Of a DNA stretch of 61,708 nt, positions 29,138-36,729 are shown piece after piece (position 1 is the stretch's first letter; each line of letters begins with the position of its first letter). A program made the position numbers and the translations under genes. The notes below the pieces were generated by a model, which did no database searches, had not been told where the DNA came from, and saw nothing but the letters and a program-made list of their open reading frames with translations. Source of the stretch: a virus (taxonomy: Duplodnaviria > Caudoviricetes); IMG/VR virus record IMGVR_UViG_3300036854_000037, positions 1 to 61,708 of that record. One strand, written 5' to 3'.

Positions 29138-29570
29138 GTAATGCCACCCGTATGCTTAGTTGCACAACCCTACCCGTGATTTTGTCCTCTTCAACCTCAA
29201 CTGCGATTGGCACCTCAGCTTGAATGTCTGTCAGAGTCCAACCTGTAGGTAAGGTGAGGGAGAACCGTTGGCGATTGAACAACCTACGAACGGATTGGGC
29301 AATCACATCGACCTGTCGATAGTTTGCGGGCAGCTCATTGCTGTGGTAGACCGCGACATCCCGGTGGATGATTGGTCTGAAGTCCCTGATCCCATCTTCC
29401 TCACCCAAACTGATGTCCTGCGATACTATAACCAGCGGCAGTGGCACATCATTGGGAACAGGGCGTCTTGTGAAGATCGGGAAACTACCTAGGTAAGCCG
29501 GCAACTGACCCGTGATCTCAGCGTCGGCAATCAACGCGTCTCTGATCGATTGTGTCAGGTCAGGTGCCAT
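29127..29570 (-). CDS. Tail terminator (DUF3168-like)
   Basis: IRDALIADA..P..P.P; neck synteny. Confidence 0.75.
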   Translation of the reverse strand: MAPDLTQSIRDALIADAEITGQLPAYLGSFPIFTRRPVPNDVPLPLVIVSQDISLGEEDGIRDFRPIIHRDVAVYHSNELPANYRQVDVIAQSVRRLFNRQRFSLTLPTGWTLTDIQAEVPIAVEVEEDKITGRVVQLSIRVALLDD

Positions 29571-29582
29571 GCCACGAGCACG

Positions 29583-29993
29583 CTACTCCAATTCGACCTC
29601 AACCTCATCACCAACGATATCCTCGATCGTATCCTTCATGCTGTCCAGTGCCGCTCGCATATACGGCCGTGGTGCCATCTTGGTCGTGCCAAACTCGAGC
29701 AGCTCTGCGTAGGCATCGTTGCTCACAACGGTAGCGCTCATGATCGAAGGGTCAACCTCGACCGTGATATTTCGCACAAGATTGCCGGTATCGCTAGCTG
29801 GGGCTTCACCTGGTGCCGATGCCTGATGGGTCACCCCACGACGCTGATACAGACGCCCTGTCTTGGGCGTCTGTTGAATGAGTCTCAGGACTTCGTTTCG
29901 GACTTCGTTGGCCGCCTTGAGAACGCCAGCGAAGGCACCGCGCTGAACGCCCGCAATTGCCTCCTCAGGCGTCCAAGTGATACGAACGGCCAT
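29583..29993 (-). CDS. HK97 gp10-like tail completion protein
   Basis: HQASAPGEAPASDTGNL..YAELLEFGTTKMAPRPY. Confidence 0.9.
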   Translation of the reverse strand: MAVRITWTPEEAIAGVQRGAFAGVLKAANEVRNEVLRLIQQTPKTGRLYQRRGVTHQASAPGEAPASDTGNLVRNITVEVDPSIMSATVVSNDAYAELLEFGTTKMAPRPYMRAALDSMKDTIEDIVGDEVEVELE

Positions 29994-30044
29994 AGGGGTA
30001 CCTGGGGGCTCCGTTTCCCGCCCCAGCGGCGTTCCTAGGCGGGC

Positions 30045-30272
30045 CTAGGGCAGGATCGACATGACCCCGACGAGTGCAAAGGCGTTGTTCATGCGGAAGG
30101 CGAGCTGGGCACGCCATTCTGGCGGGGTGGCGGGGTGTACGCGTATCTGGAGCAGCTCGCGATAGGCCGCCGCCTGCCGGGACGCCGTGGCAGAAGCCAG
30201 TGCGCTGTCGATCTCCTGCACATCAGCAAGGTAGTTTGGGTATGTATACGCACCAGAGGTTGACAGGCGCAT
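30045..30272 (-). CDS. Hypothetical protein inserted in the neck module
   Basis: GAGGAGGAG RBS before MRLSTSG. Confidence 0.55.
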   Translation of the reverse strand: MRLSTSGAYTYPNYLADVQEIDSALASATASRQAAAYRELLQIRVHPATPPEWRAQLAFRMNNAFALVGVMSILP

Positions 30273-30282
30273 GATCTCCTCC

Positions 30283-30468
30283 TCAGATTGGTGTCTGGGC
30301 AACACCATAGCGTCGTGCTGCCTTACGGACCGCGAAGCGAGCCCACATAGGCGCGCGGGTGTCCAGGTTGGTGCCGTAGCGCTGAGAGAGCTTGTTCGCC
30401 AGGTAGAAGACCCACGTCGGATGAACGTTGATCTGGAACGTCGTTCCGAAGACCGTGACGAAGATCAT
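30283..30468 (-). CDS. Hypothetical protein
   Basis: ATGA-coupled to the upstream neck gene. Confidence 0.45.
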   Translation of the reverse strand: MIFVTVFGTTFQINVHPTWVFYLANKLSQRYGTNLDTRAPMWARFAVRKAARRYGVAQTPI

Positions 30469-30863
30469 GATGGGTCCTCAATCTCGAAGCACTGCAGCTC
30501 AATATGAGCGTTGGCGGGGTCAACGGCAAGAACTGAACGTACCTGATGCCACTTGGGTTGCCCTGTCGAGTCGCGAATGCGCACCTTGTCATCAACAGCC
30601 GGCACGATGTCGATCAAGCCTGAGATGATGAGAATACGAACGTCCGTGACAGGAATGCCAGCCTGGACTGCGAAGCGGCGGTTGAAGTTGTCCCTGATCC
30701 CCTCGAATGGGAAGTCGGTGAAACCCGTTGTAATCGGATCGCCGTTACTGTCGACCCCTGAGACGAGTTCGCGTCGGACGACTCCCTTGACCAGCTGGTT
30801 CTTGAACCCCTTCGCGATCTCGCGGCGGATCAGGTTGTTGACCCCCTCCAAAGACGACGCCAT
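30465..30863 (-). CDS. Head closure/head-tail joining protein
   Basis: MASSLEG..G..D..I..DDKV..V..DPANA; GGAG RBS. Confidence 0.7.
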   Translation of the reverse strand: MASSLEGVNNLIRREIAKGFKNQLVKGVVRRELVSGVDSNGDPITTGFTDFPFEGIRDNFNRRFAVQAGIPVTDVRILIISGLIDIVPAVDDKVRIRDSTGQPKWHQVRSVLAVDPANAHIELQCFEIEDPS

Positions 30864-31230
30864 CGCCTGTCTCCGTGGCCAGTGCTGGTCGTAGGATGCC
30901 TTGCTTGATCTCCTCCCACAGGAGCTTCGCCTTCTTGACCAAACCCTCGAGTGTCGTCCTGGGGTGAGCAATGACGTTGCGCTCATGCATCCACGTGCGG
31001 AGTTCGTCCTCACTCATCGACGCGAAGATCGGCCGGCCGTCGTTCTCATCCTCAGCAACGACCTCTGGCGGTAGCATTCGGAGGTAGCGGCTGTCGTAGA
31101 GCTGACGCAACCGCCTCGGATTGCTCTTGTCGGTAAAAGGCTGGCCCCCCGTGATGGCAATACCAGCCCAACGAAAATCCTTGTTGGCGACGAAAGACCG
31201 GGTTGCATCAAATGTCTCTCGTCGCCCCAT
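30745..31230 (-). CDS. Head-associated hypothetical protein
   Basis: GGAGG RBS; directly downstream of the capsid gene. Confidence 0.55.
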   Translation of the reverse strand: MGRRETFDATRSFVANKDFRWAGIAITGGQPFTDKSNPRRLRQLYDSRYLRMLPPEVVAEDENDGRPIFASMSEDELRTWMHERNVIAHPRTTLEGLVKKAKLLWEEIKQGILRPALATETGDGVVFGGGQQPDPPRDREGVQEPAGQGSRPTRTRLRGRQ

Positions 31231-31250
31231 AACTTCCCTCCAAACTCTCG

Positions 31251-31333
31251 ATAGTTAAGGTATCACATGTTTGATGGTGGTCGTGCCTAAGCCACAGTGC
31301 TGATACCCAGTGAACTCTTGCCGGCCACCATCA
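31251..31333. repeat. 83-bp structured intergenic element, copy A
   Basis: ATAGTTAAGGTATC-N8-GATGGTGGTCGTGCCT-N8-GTGCT-N4-CCCAGTGA-N5-TGCCGRCCACCATCA shared with 34545-34627; 11-13 bp stem. Confidence 0.85.
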
Positions 31334-31338
31334 ATAGT

Positions 31339-32394
31339 TTACGATACCGTGGAGAAGGCCGCCTGGTTGAAGAACACAGCGAGGTCGGCCGCGACCTGGC
31401 GAAGGTCCCATGCCATGCGGTTCTGGAAGTAGTCGCTGTGAGCGCGATCGTCGCGGCCACGCTCGATGACTCCACCGATGGCGTTCGTCTCGCCCGGGAT
31501 CAGACCGGTCCAGGCGAAGTTCGCGATAGCCGTCGGCGAGTCCAACGCCGGGTTGGGGTCGATGTAGGCCAACAACGCCGAGTTCTCGTCAAGGATGAAC
31601 TCGAAGTCATCGACCGCACCTTCCGCCGCCGCGTTGTAGACCGACCGCGCCGTGATCACATTGTCCACCTCGAACAGCGTCGCCAGGATGTCGTCGTCGG
31701 CGATGCCGGTCTGGGTGTACTTGATGCGATCGGAAATGTCCGGGTGCGTTCTGAGCGCGCGCTTGACTGCAGCACCGAGCACTAGACAGTTCGGCATGAA
31801 GCCTGTCTTGCGGGCGATGACATCCTTGTACTGGTCAATGACCTCGATGGGAGTCGACTGGGCATCATTCCAGTTCAGGAACTCATTCGGCGCGTCGGCC
31901 TGGGTGTTGACGCCTTGCGCTTCCGTCGTCCACACACCCGTGGTGAAGAAGCGCTGTCCCCAAACCCGGTCTTGCTTGATCAACTGCTTCTGGGTGAGAA
32001 GCGTCGTGGCGTTCTCGTCCAGCCGGATAGGCTCATCGGCGTTGGCGCGCTGGCGGTCGTCGACCACGTGCTCCAAGCCGTACTCGACCGCCGAGTAGTT
32101 GCCCTCGGAAATCTTGTAACCAACCTGCTGAGGCCGCCCGCCGAGTGGCCTGGGCTGTGCCTCATCGCGCCAGAAGTAGCCGCGCTCGTAGACCACGTAC
32201 AGGTCGGTCTGCTTCATGACCGGTACGATGGAGGTGGCGCGTTGGGCGACGAAGTTGCGCTGGTCCTGCACGTACATGACCGAGTAGTTGGTCAGGTAGC
32301 GGTCGACGTGAAGCGCGCCCTCGATGTTTGTCGCAGTCGGAGAGTCCTTGCGGAAGTCCGTGCGATAGTGCTTGTATAGGCGTCTGTCGCTCAT
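31339..32394 (-). CDS. Major capsid protein (lambda gpE-like)
   Basis: 351 aa; LHVDRYLTNYSV..PV.KQ..TG..PN..V.G..L..HP; very strong codon bias. Confidence 0.9.
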   Translation of the reverse strand: MSDRRLYKHYRTDFRKDSPTATNIEGALHVDRYLTNYSVMYVQDQRNFVAQRATSIVPVMKQTDLYVVYERGYFWRDEAQPRPLGGRPQQVGYKISEGNYSAVEYGLEHVVDDRQRANADEPIRLDENATTLLTQKQLIKQDRVWGQRFFTTGVWTTEAQGVNTQADAPNEFLNWNDAQSTPIEVIDQYKDVIARKTGFMPNCLVLGAAVKRALRTHPDISDRIKYTQTGIADDDILATLFEVDNVITARSVYNAAAEGAVDDFEFILDENSALLAYIDPNPALDSPTAIANFAWTGLIPGETNAIGGVIERGRDDRAHSDYFQNRMAWDLRQVAADLAVFFNQAAFSTVS

Positions 32395-32438
32395 AGTTGT
32401 ACCCCGTGTTTACGCCTATACCAGGCGCCTCCTTCCCG

Positions 32439-32798
32439 TCAGCCCGAGACCAGCGCTACCGCTGTGATGACGCCAGCCGCGCTTGCCCCGTCAAGGGACA
32501 CACCAGCGGCCTTCCCCGCCGCCAACGTGATAGCAGCGCCATTCCCATCACTCTGAACCTGGGCCCCTGCCGTGATCGCCGCGCCCGCAACCACCTTGGC
32601 GATGCCGCCGAACTGAATGGAGACGGGGCCGGCGGAAGCGGCTACCTCGAAGACCGTACCGAGCACCTTGTCGCCGCTGCCGCAAAGGACAGCCAACTTC
32701 GATGAGTTGATCTTGACGAAGCGGTTCAGCCCAGCGGACAGGTCTGCGCCGGCTTCCACGGCATACGTCAGACCCTCCACCAATTTGAAGATTGCCAT
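32439..32798 (-). CDS. Capsid cement/decoration protein (DUF2190-like)
   Basis: AGADLS..G.AKV.AGAAITAG..V.SD..G.A. Confidence 0.85.
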   Translation of the reverse strand: MAIFKLVEGLTYAVEAGADLSAGLNRFVKINSSKLAVLCGSGDKVLGTVFEVAASAGPVSIQFGGIAKVVAGAAITAGAQVQSDGNGAAITLAAGKAAGVSLDGASAAGVITAVALVSG

Positions 32799-32851
32799 CT
32801 GAGTTATATCCCTACTTGGTGATTATTGCCCCGTGGTTGCTCGTCGCTCAA

Positions 32852-34546
32852 TCAGCCTTGGCCGACCTGGTAAGCCTCGAAGCCTTCCGGGTCCTCGCGC
32901 CGCGCCTTCTGCATCGCCTCGGTGTTGCTGCAGTTGTCGCGCGACTTGATCGTAGCCACCCGCTTCTGGAACGAGGTGCCGCCGCCAGCCTTCGAGAGCC
33001 CCGCCTGGTGACCGTAGGTCTTGAAGGCTGTGCCGGCCGAACGATCTCCCGACTTCAGCATCTTCGACAGGAGCAGGCGCTCGTCCTGGTCGAGGTACTC
33101 CGCCAGGTTCTTGAGAAGGTGAGCCTTCTCCTCAACCGTACCGGGCAGGTGACCAAGCTCCTCCTCGGCAACCTTGGCAAACTCGAGCAACTCGCGGGTG
33201 GTGCGCTCATCGTCCAGCGCCTTGGCAACCCGCTCGGTCTCATCTGCCTGGGCCTTGAGAAGCTCGAAGAGGTCATGGCCGACGTCCGACTTGCGGATCA
33301 TGCGGTCGCCGATCTCGAGAGTCTCGTCCTGGAGGCGGGTGCGCTTGCCCATATGGCCCGTGCCGCCAATGGGGGTGGCCGAACCAGCGGCGATCTTGTC
33401 CTCCTCCTCCCCTTCGGTCGTAACGAAGCCCTCGCGAACCGTGGTCTTCTTCTTGCCCTTACCCTTGCCGCCGCCCGTCTCGCTGTCGTAGGCTGCCTTG
33501 CCCATATCGTCACCTTCATCGAGCTGATCCGCGTTGTCCTGGGTCACCTCCTGCCGAACGTCGGGAGCGTCCTCGGGATCGTCGCCGTCGTCCTCGGTAA
33601 TGGTGATCTGCGGACCCTTCTTCTTGTTGGTGCGGCCGAACAGCGCGGCAAGCCGACCGGCGATGTCGTCCTCGCTTCCAGAGTCCGAGCCGGGCTTCTT
33701 GGCCTTGAAGAGGGTGGTGCCATCGTCGGAGTCGTCGGACTCGTTACCGTCGTCGTCGAACTTCTCGATCTCGTCGTCATCCTCGCGCCGCTGGCGCTTG
33801 CTGAGGACAGAATCCAGCTTGCTGTTCAACGAGTCCATCTTCTTCCTGAGCTGCCCAAGATTCATTTCATCGCTCCTACTACCCAGACTCTTCCGGATGT
33901 ATCCCTCAATTCCCGGTAGCTCGTCCTTGGCCACCTGGAGGAAGTCGCTGGCTGACCTCCTCAACATAACCAACCTGTCCGTGCCCCCAAGATTAGGGTC
34001 ATCGAGAATTGAACGCAAGGATGTATCCAAGGCCTTGAGGTACATTCTGGCCTTGTCACCATCCGAACCATCGGACTTGGCAAGGGAGTTTGCCAGCCCG
34101 GGCTCGATCAAAAAGCCCTGGATGAACCTATCCAAACGATCATCCCGTTTCATGATCGCCGCGGTTGCACCAGCCTGTGCCGGGCGGTCAACCATCGACA
34201 ACTCGTCGATCTTAAACGACTTCATGCGTCGCTTACGAGACATGTCCGTGGGGCTCATCATCGACATGCGAGCCGAACCAGCGCTCGCATCACCTATCCC
34301 GCCCATTGATGCGGCCTTCCCAAGCGCGCGATCGATTTGAGCCACCACGTTTTGTCTTCCTCTACCACCCGGCTTGCGCATGCTCGGTACTCGCTCTGCG
34401 TGCGCTCGAAGGCGCCCCAATGCTTCTTTGTCCTTGGCGGCAAGCGCACGATCCAACGCGCGGTAGTGGTGCGTACCCCACTCAGACGCACCTCGTCGCG
34501 GCTGAAACTTGCCGCCTCCATCATGGTATGGGTTAAACTTTCTCAT
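32852..34546 (-). CDS. Scaffold protein carrying the ELSMVDRPA segment of a prohead protease
   Basis: KIDELSMVDRPAQAGA motif; acidic linker; C-terminal A..KA....P..Y helix; upstream of cement and capsid genes. Confidence 0.75.
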   Translation of the reverse strand: MRKFNPYHDGGGKFQPRRGASEWGTHHYRALDRALAAKDKEALGRLRAHAERVPSMRKPGGRGRQNVVAQIDRALGKAASMGGIGDASAGSARMSMMSPTDMSRKRRMKSFKIDELSMVDRPAQAGATAAIMKRDDRLDRFIQGFLIEPGLANSLAKSDGSDGDKARMYLKALDTSLRSILDDPNLGGTDRLVMLRRSASDFLQVAKDELPGIEGYIRKSLGSRSDEMNLGQLRKKMDSLNSKLDSVLSKRQRREDDDEIEKFDDDGNESDDSDDGTTLFKAKKPGSDSGSEDDIAGRLAALFGRTNKKKGPQITITEDDGDDPEDAPDVRQEVTQDNADQLDEGDDMGKAAYDSETGGGKGKGKKKTTVREGFVTTEGEEEDKIAAGSATPIGGTGHMGKRTRLQDETLEIGDRMIRKSDVGHDLFELLKAQADETERVAKALDDERTTRELLEFAKVAEEELGHLPGTVEEKAHLLKNLAEYLDQDERLLLSKMLKSGDRSAGTAFKTYGHQAGLSKAGGGTSFQKRVATIKSRDNCSNTEAMQKARREDPEGFEAYQVGQG

Positions 34547-34627
34547 AGTTAAGGTATCTTACACCCGATGGTGGTCGTGCCTTCATAGTTGTGCTAAGAC
34601 CCAGTGATACCATGCCGACCACCATCA
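34545..34627. repeat. 83-bp structured intergenic element, copy B
   Basis: See copy A; perfect GATGGTGGTCG/CGACCACCATC inverted repeat. Confidence 0.85.
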
Positions 34628-35758
34628 CCCTTCGACAGGCTCATCGATGAGCCGGTTACCCCCGATGCTAAACCCAGTGAACTCGCCAGACCTGAACCGC
34701 TCAAGCATGCGAGGATCGTCTGGCTTCACCCCGATCATAAGTCCTGTTCTCGAACCGCCAAGCCCCATAGCCTTGGAAATATCATCCGTGACAGGCCAAG
34801 CGTAAACTACCTCCCCCACGCGCTTGCCCTTATGCATGACTTTCAAGTCTCGTTTCGACATCATGAAATCCATCGACGCCCTCAACATAGCGTCTTGAGG
34901 GATGTGGTCACCTTGCGAGTCGAAGTACGGATCACCCTTCTCATCGCAGACGATAGCCCACCCGAACACCAGACCTAGTGGGTCGTTGGGGCCTGGGTTG
35001 CCGTGGTTGGGCGTCATCTTAGCGAGCGCTTGGGTGAATGTCATCGCTTTCAACAGACGCTTCTTGGAACCGCGCAGTCGATCTTCAAGGTCGTTGATGT
35101 CAGAACGCGTCCTCTGGCGTGATGCCTCCAGTTGCTTGACGCGCTGATCGTACAACTGGTACTCAGCGTCGAAGCGACGGTAGCGGCGGTCCCAATAATC
35201 TTCTGTACCCGGACCAGATGCCGCACCATAGAGGTAGTACGCATCTTCACGATTGGCAAACGCCTTGTCACGAAGGACCGTTGCTTCGCTGAGCTGAGCG
35301 TCGAAACGATCGTACTGCTCGTACAACGAGTCGAGCCGCTTACGATCCCGTGCATCCATGCCAGAGGTCTGAGGCCGCTCGACCGGCGCCTCCTCCTTCG
35401 GCTTGACTTCCTCAGGCGCTTGCTCGGTTGGCTTCTCTACTGGCTTCTCAGCCTGGGGTTTGGCGCGCGGCTTCCGTAGTTTGGGAGGAGGCGCCTTCTC
35501 CTTCGGCTTCTCCTTGGCCTTGGGTTTTGGTGCCGGCTTGGGTTTCGACTTCGGCTTGGCAGCAGGTTTTGCAGCGGGCTTCTTGCTAGGGGCCTTCGCC
35601 TTCATCTTACCCTTACCACCAGCTGATCCCTTGGGCTTGCCGGCGCCAGCGCCGCGACCTGTAGTCCAACGACCCTTGGAGTCCCGTGTCTGGTTCTCGT
35701 CGAACTCCGGGTAGCCCTTACCCAGGATGGGGCCGACGTTGAAGAGGTCCTCACTCAT
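34625..35758 (-). CDS. XkdF-like prohead protease with tagged, Lys/Pro-rich N-terminal extension
   Basis: LVFGWA..DSQGD..MH..G...GFSIGG; start MSEDLF at 35758. Confidence 0.85.
   Translation of the reverse strand: MSEDLFNVGPILGKGYPEFDENQTRDSKGRWTTGRGAGAGKPKGSAGGKGKMKAKAPSKKPAAKPAAKPKSKPKPAPKPKAKEKPKEKAPPPKLRKPRAKPQAEKPVEKPTEQAPEEVKPKEEAPVERPQTSGMDARDRKRLDSLYEQYDRFDAQLSEATVLRDKAFANREDAYYLYGAASGPGTEDYWDRRYRRFDAEYQLYDQRVKQLEASRQRTRSDINDLEDRLRGSKKRLLKAMTFTQALAKMTPNHGNPGPNDPLGLVFGWAIVCDEKGDPYFDSQGDHIPQDAMLRASMDFMMSKRDLKVMHKGKRVGEVVYAWPVTDDISKAMGLGGSRTGLMIGVKPDDPRMLERFRSGEFTGFSIGGNRLIDEPVEG
35666..35719 (-). repeat. KGYPE tag copy 1 (KGYPEFDENQTRDSKGRW)
   Basis: Translated motif in the protease gene. 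Confidence 0.9.
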
Positions 35759-35759
35759 C

Positions 35760-36599
35760 TCAAAAATGCCCCCGAACCGCAAACAGATCAACCTCAGCCT
35801 TCCCGAGCGAGCGACCAGACGTCCTGCGCATTATGGGAAGGCCAGTCACCATACCTTGGATCCAGTCCCAATTCGCACTCCCCGCTGTTCGCTTCGAATG
35901 CATGGCACTCAGCTTCGCCATAGCCCGCGTCATCTCCGTGCGTTGGGCCTTGAGGTCCCCCAACCTCTTGTAGGAATTGCGGTAGGCTTGCGAATTGCGC
36001 TTGAACTGAGTCATGCGCGCTTGCAGGTTACGAATGTTGCGAGCGACCTTGTCGCGCTCCTTCTTGGTTTTGGTATAAGCGGCGCGGATGGATTTGAGAG
36101 ACGGCTGCTTGGTCTTCTTACCCCGTGCTCGGCCCTCACTTACCCCACCACCCGCGCCGCCACCCCCTGACCAACGACCGTCTGAACCACGAGACTGGTC
36201 TGGATTATATTCAGGGTAGCCCTTCCAAAGTCCTCTATCCATGAGCCGGCGCCGCTTCTTACGCCCGCTCACATGCAACCGACCCTCAATCGAGGTTGAC
36301 TCCGGCGATCCTGGAGAGCCTGGGGCTGCGACCTTTTGCTGCTGAGTGGTCCACGAAGAGTAACTCAGCGAGGCGCCAGCCTTCTTAATCTTCTTGCCGC
36401 GAGCGGACCAGCGTCCGCCGCCCTTGGGGCGCTTGTAGGAGTGGCTTACAGCGCCCCACGCCTGTCTGTGGGCACTCTCGTCGCTGGCGCCGCCACTGAT
36501 GGCTGAGTTGACGACGTTGCGGAAGATGTCTTGGGCGTGACCCGGAAGGGTATGCGTGACAGGCTTAGGTAGTTGATCGTTCCGATCGTAGGGCATCAA
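35760..36599 (-). CDS. ChaB-domain protein with internal KGYPE tag and basic C-terminus
   Basis: MPY....LP..V...LP.HAQ.IF...NSA..A...AW.AV...Y. Confidence 0.8.
   Translation of the reverse strand: MMPYDRNDQLPKPVTHTLPGHAQDIFRNVVNSAISGGASDESAHRQAWGAVSHSYKRPKGGGRWSARGKKIKKAGASLSYSSWTTQQQKVAAPGSPGSPESTSIEGRLHVSGRKKRRRLMDRGLWKGYPEYNPDQSRGSDGRWSGGGGAGGGVSEGRARGKKTKQPSLKSIRAAYTKTKKERDKVARNIRNLQARMTQFKRNSQAYRNSYKRLGDLKAQRTEMTRAMAKLSAMHSKRTAGSANWDWIQGMVTGLPIMRRTSGRSLGKAEVDLFAVRGHF
36171..36224 (-). repeat. KGYPE tag copy 2 (KGYPEYNPDQSRGSDGRW)
   Basis: Translated motif. Confidence 0.9.
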
Positions 36600-36645
36600 A
36601 AACCCCTCGAGTCATAACCCGTGGGGTCAATCCTAGTGCAGGCAG

Positions 36646-36677
36646 AAAAAAGGTACAAGTGCGTTCACACCTGTACC
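36646..36677 (-). terminator. Intrinsic terminator after the OMP gene
   Basis: GGTACAGGTGT-gaac-GCACTTGTACC followed by T6 on the - strand. Confidence 0.8.
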
Positions 36678-36729
36678 TTGCAGTTACCGGGCTAAGGAGG
36701 GCCAAGCCCAGGGGAGTCGATCAGTTTGA

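Noticed and set aside
31251-31264. Homing-endonuclease (I-CeuI/I-PpoI-like) target because of TAACTAT/TAAGGTA words
   Set aside because: The words are on opposite strands with the wrong spacing, and no intron or homing endonuclease is in the window.
32792-34340. Long + strand ORFs (375 aa, 268 aa) and similar antisense ORFs throughout the late region
   Set aside because: Antisense to well-supported genes with strong GC3 bias; no motifs.
34545-34627. HDV-like/theta ribozyme (the minus strand reads GGUCGGCAUGG, like the HDV antigenomic 5' end)
   Set aside because: No P3/L3, no P1.1 GG in copy A, and no J4/2 catalytic C before a P2 strand. The resemblance covers only a few nucleotides.
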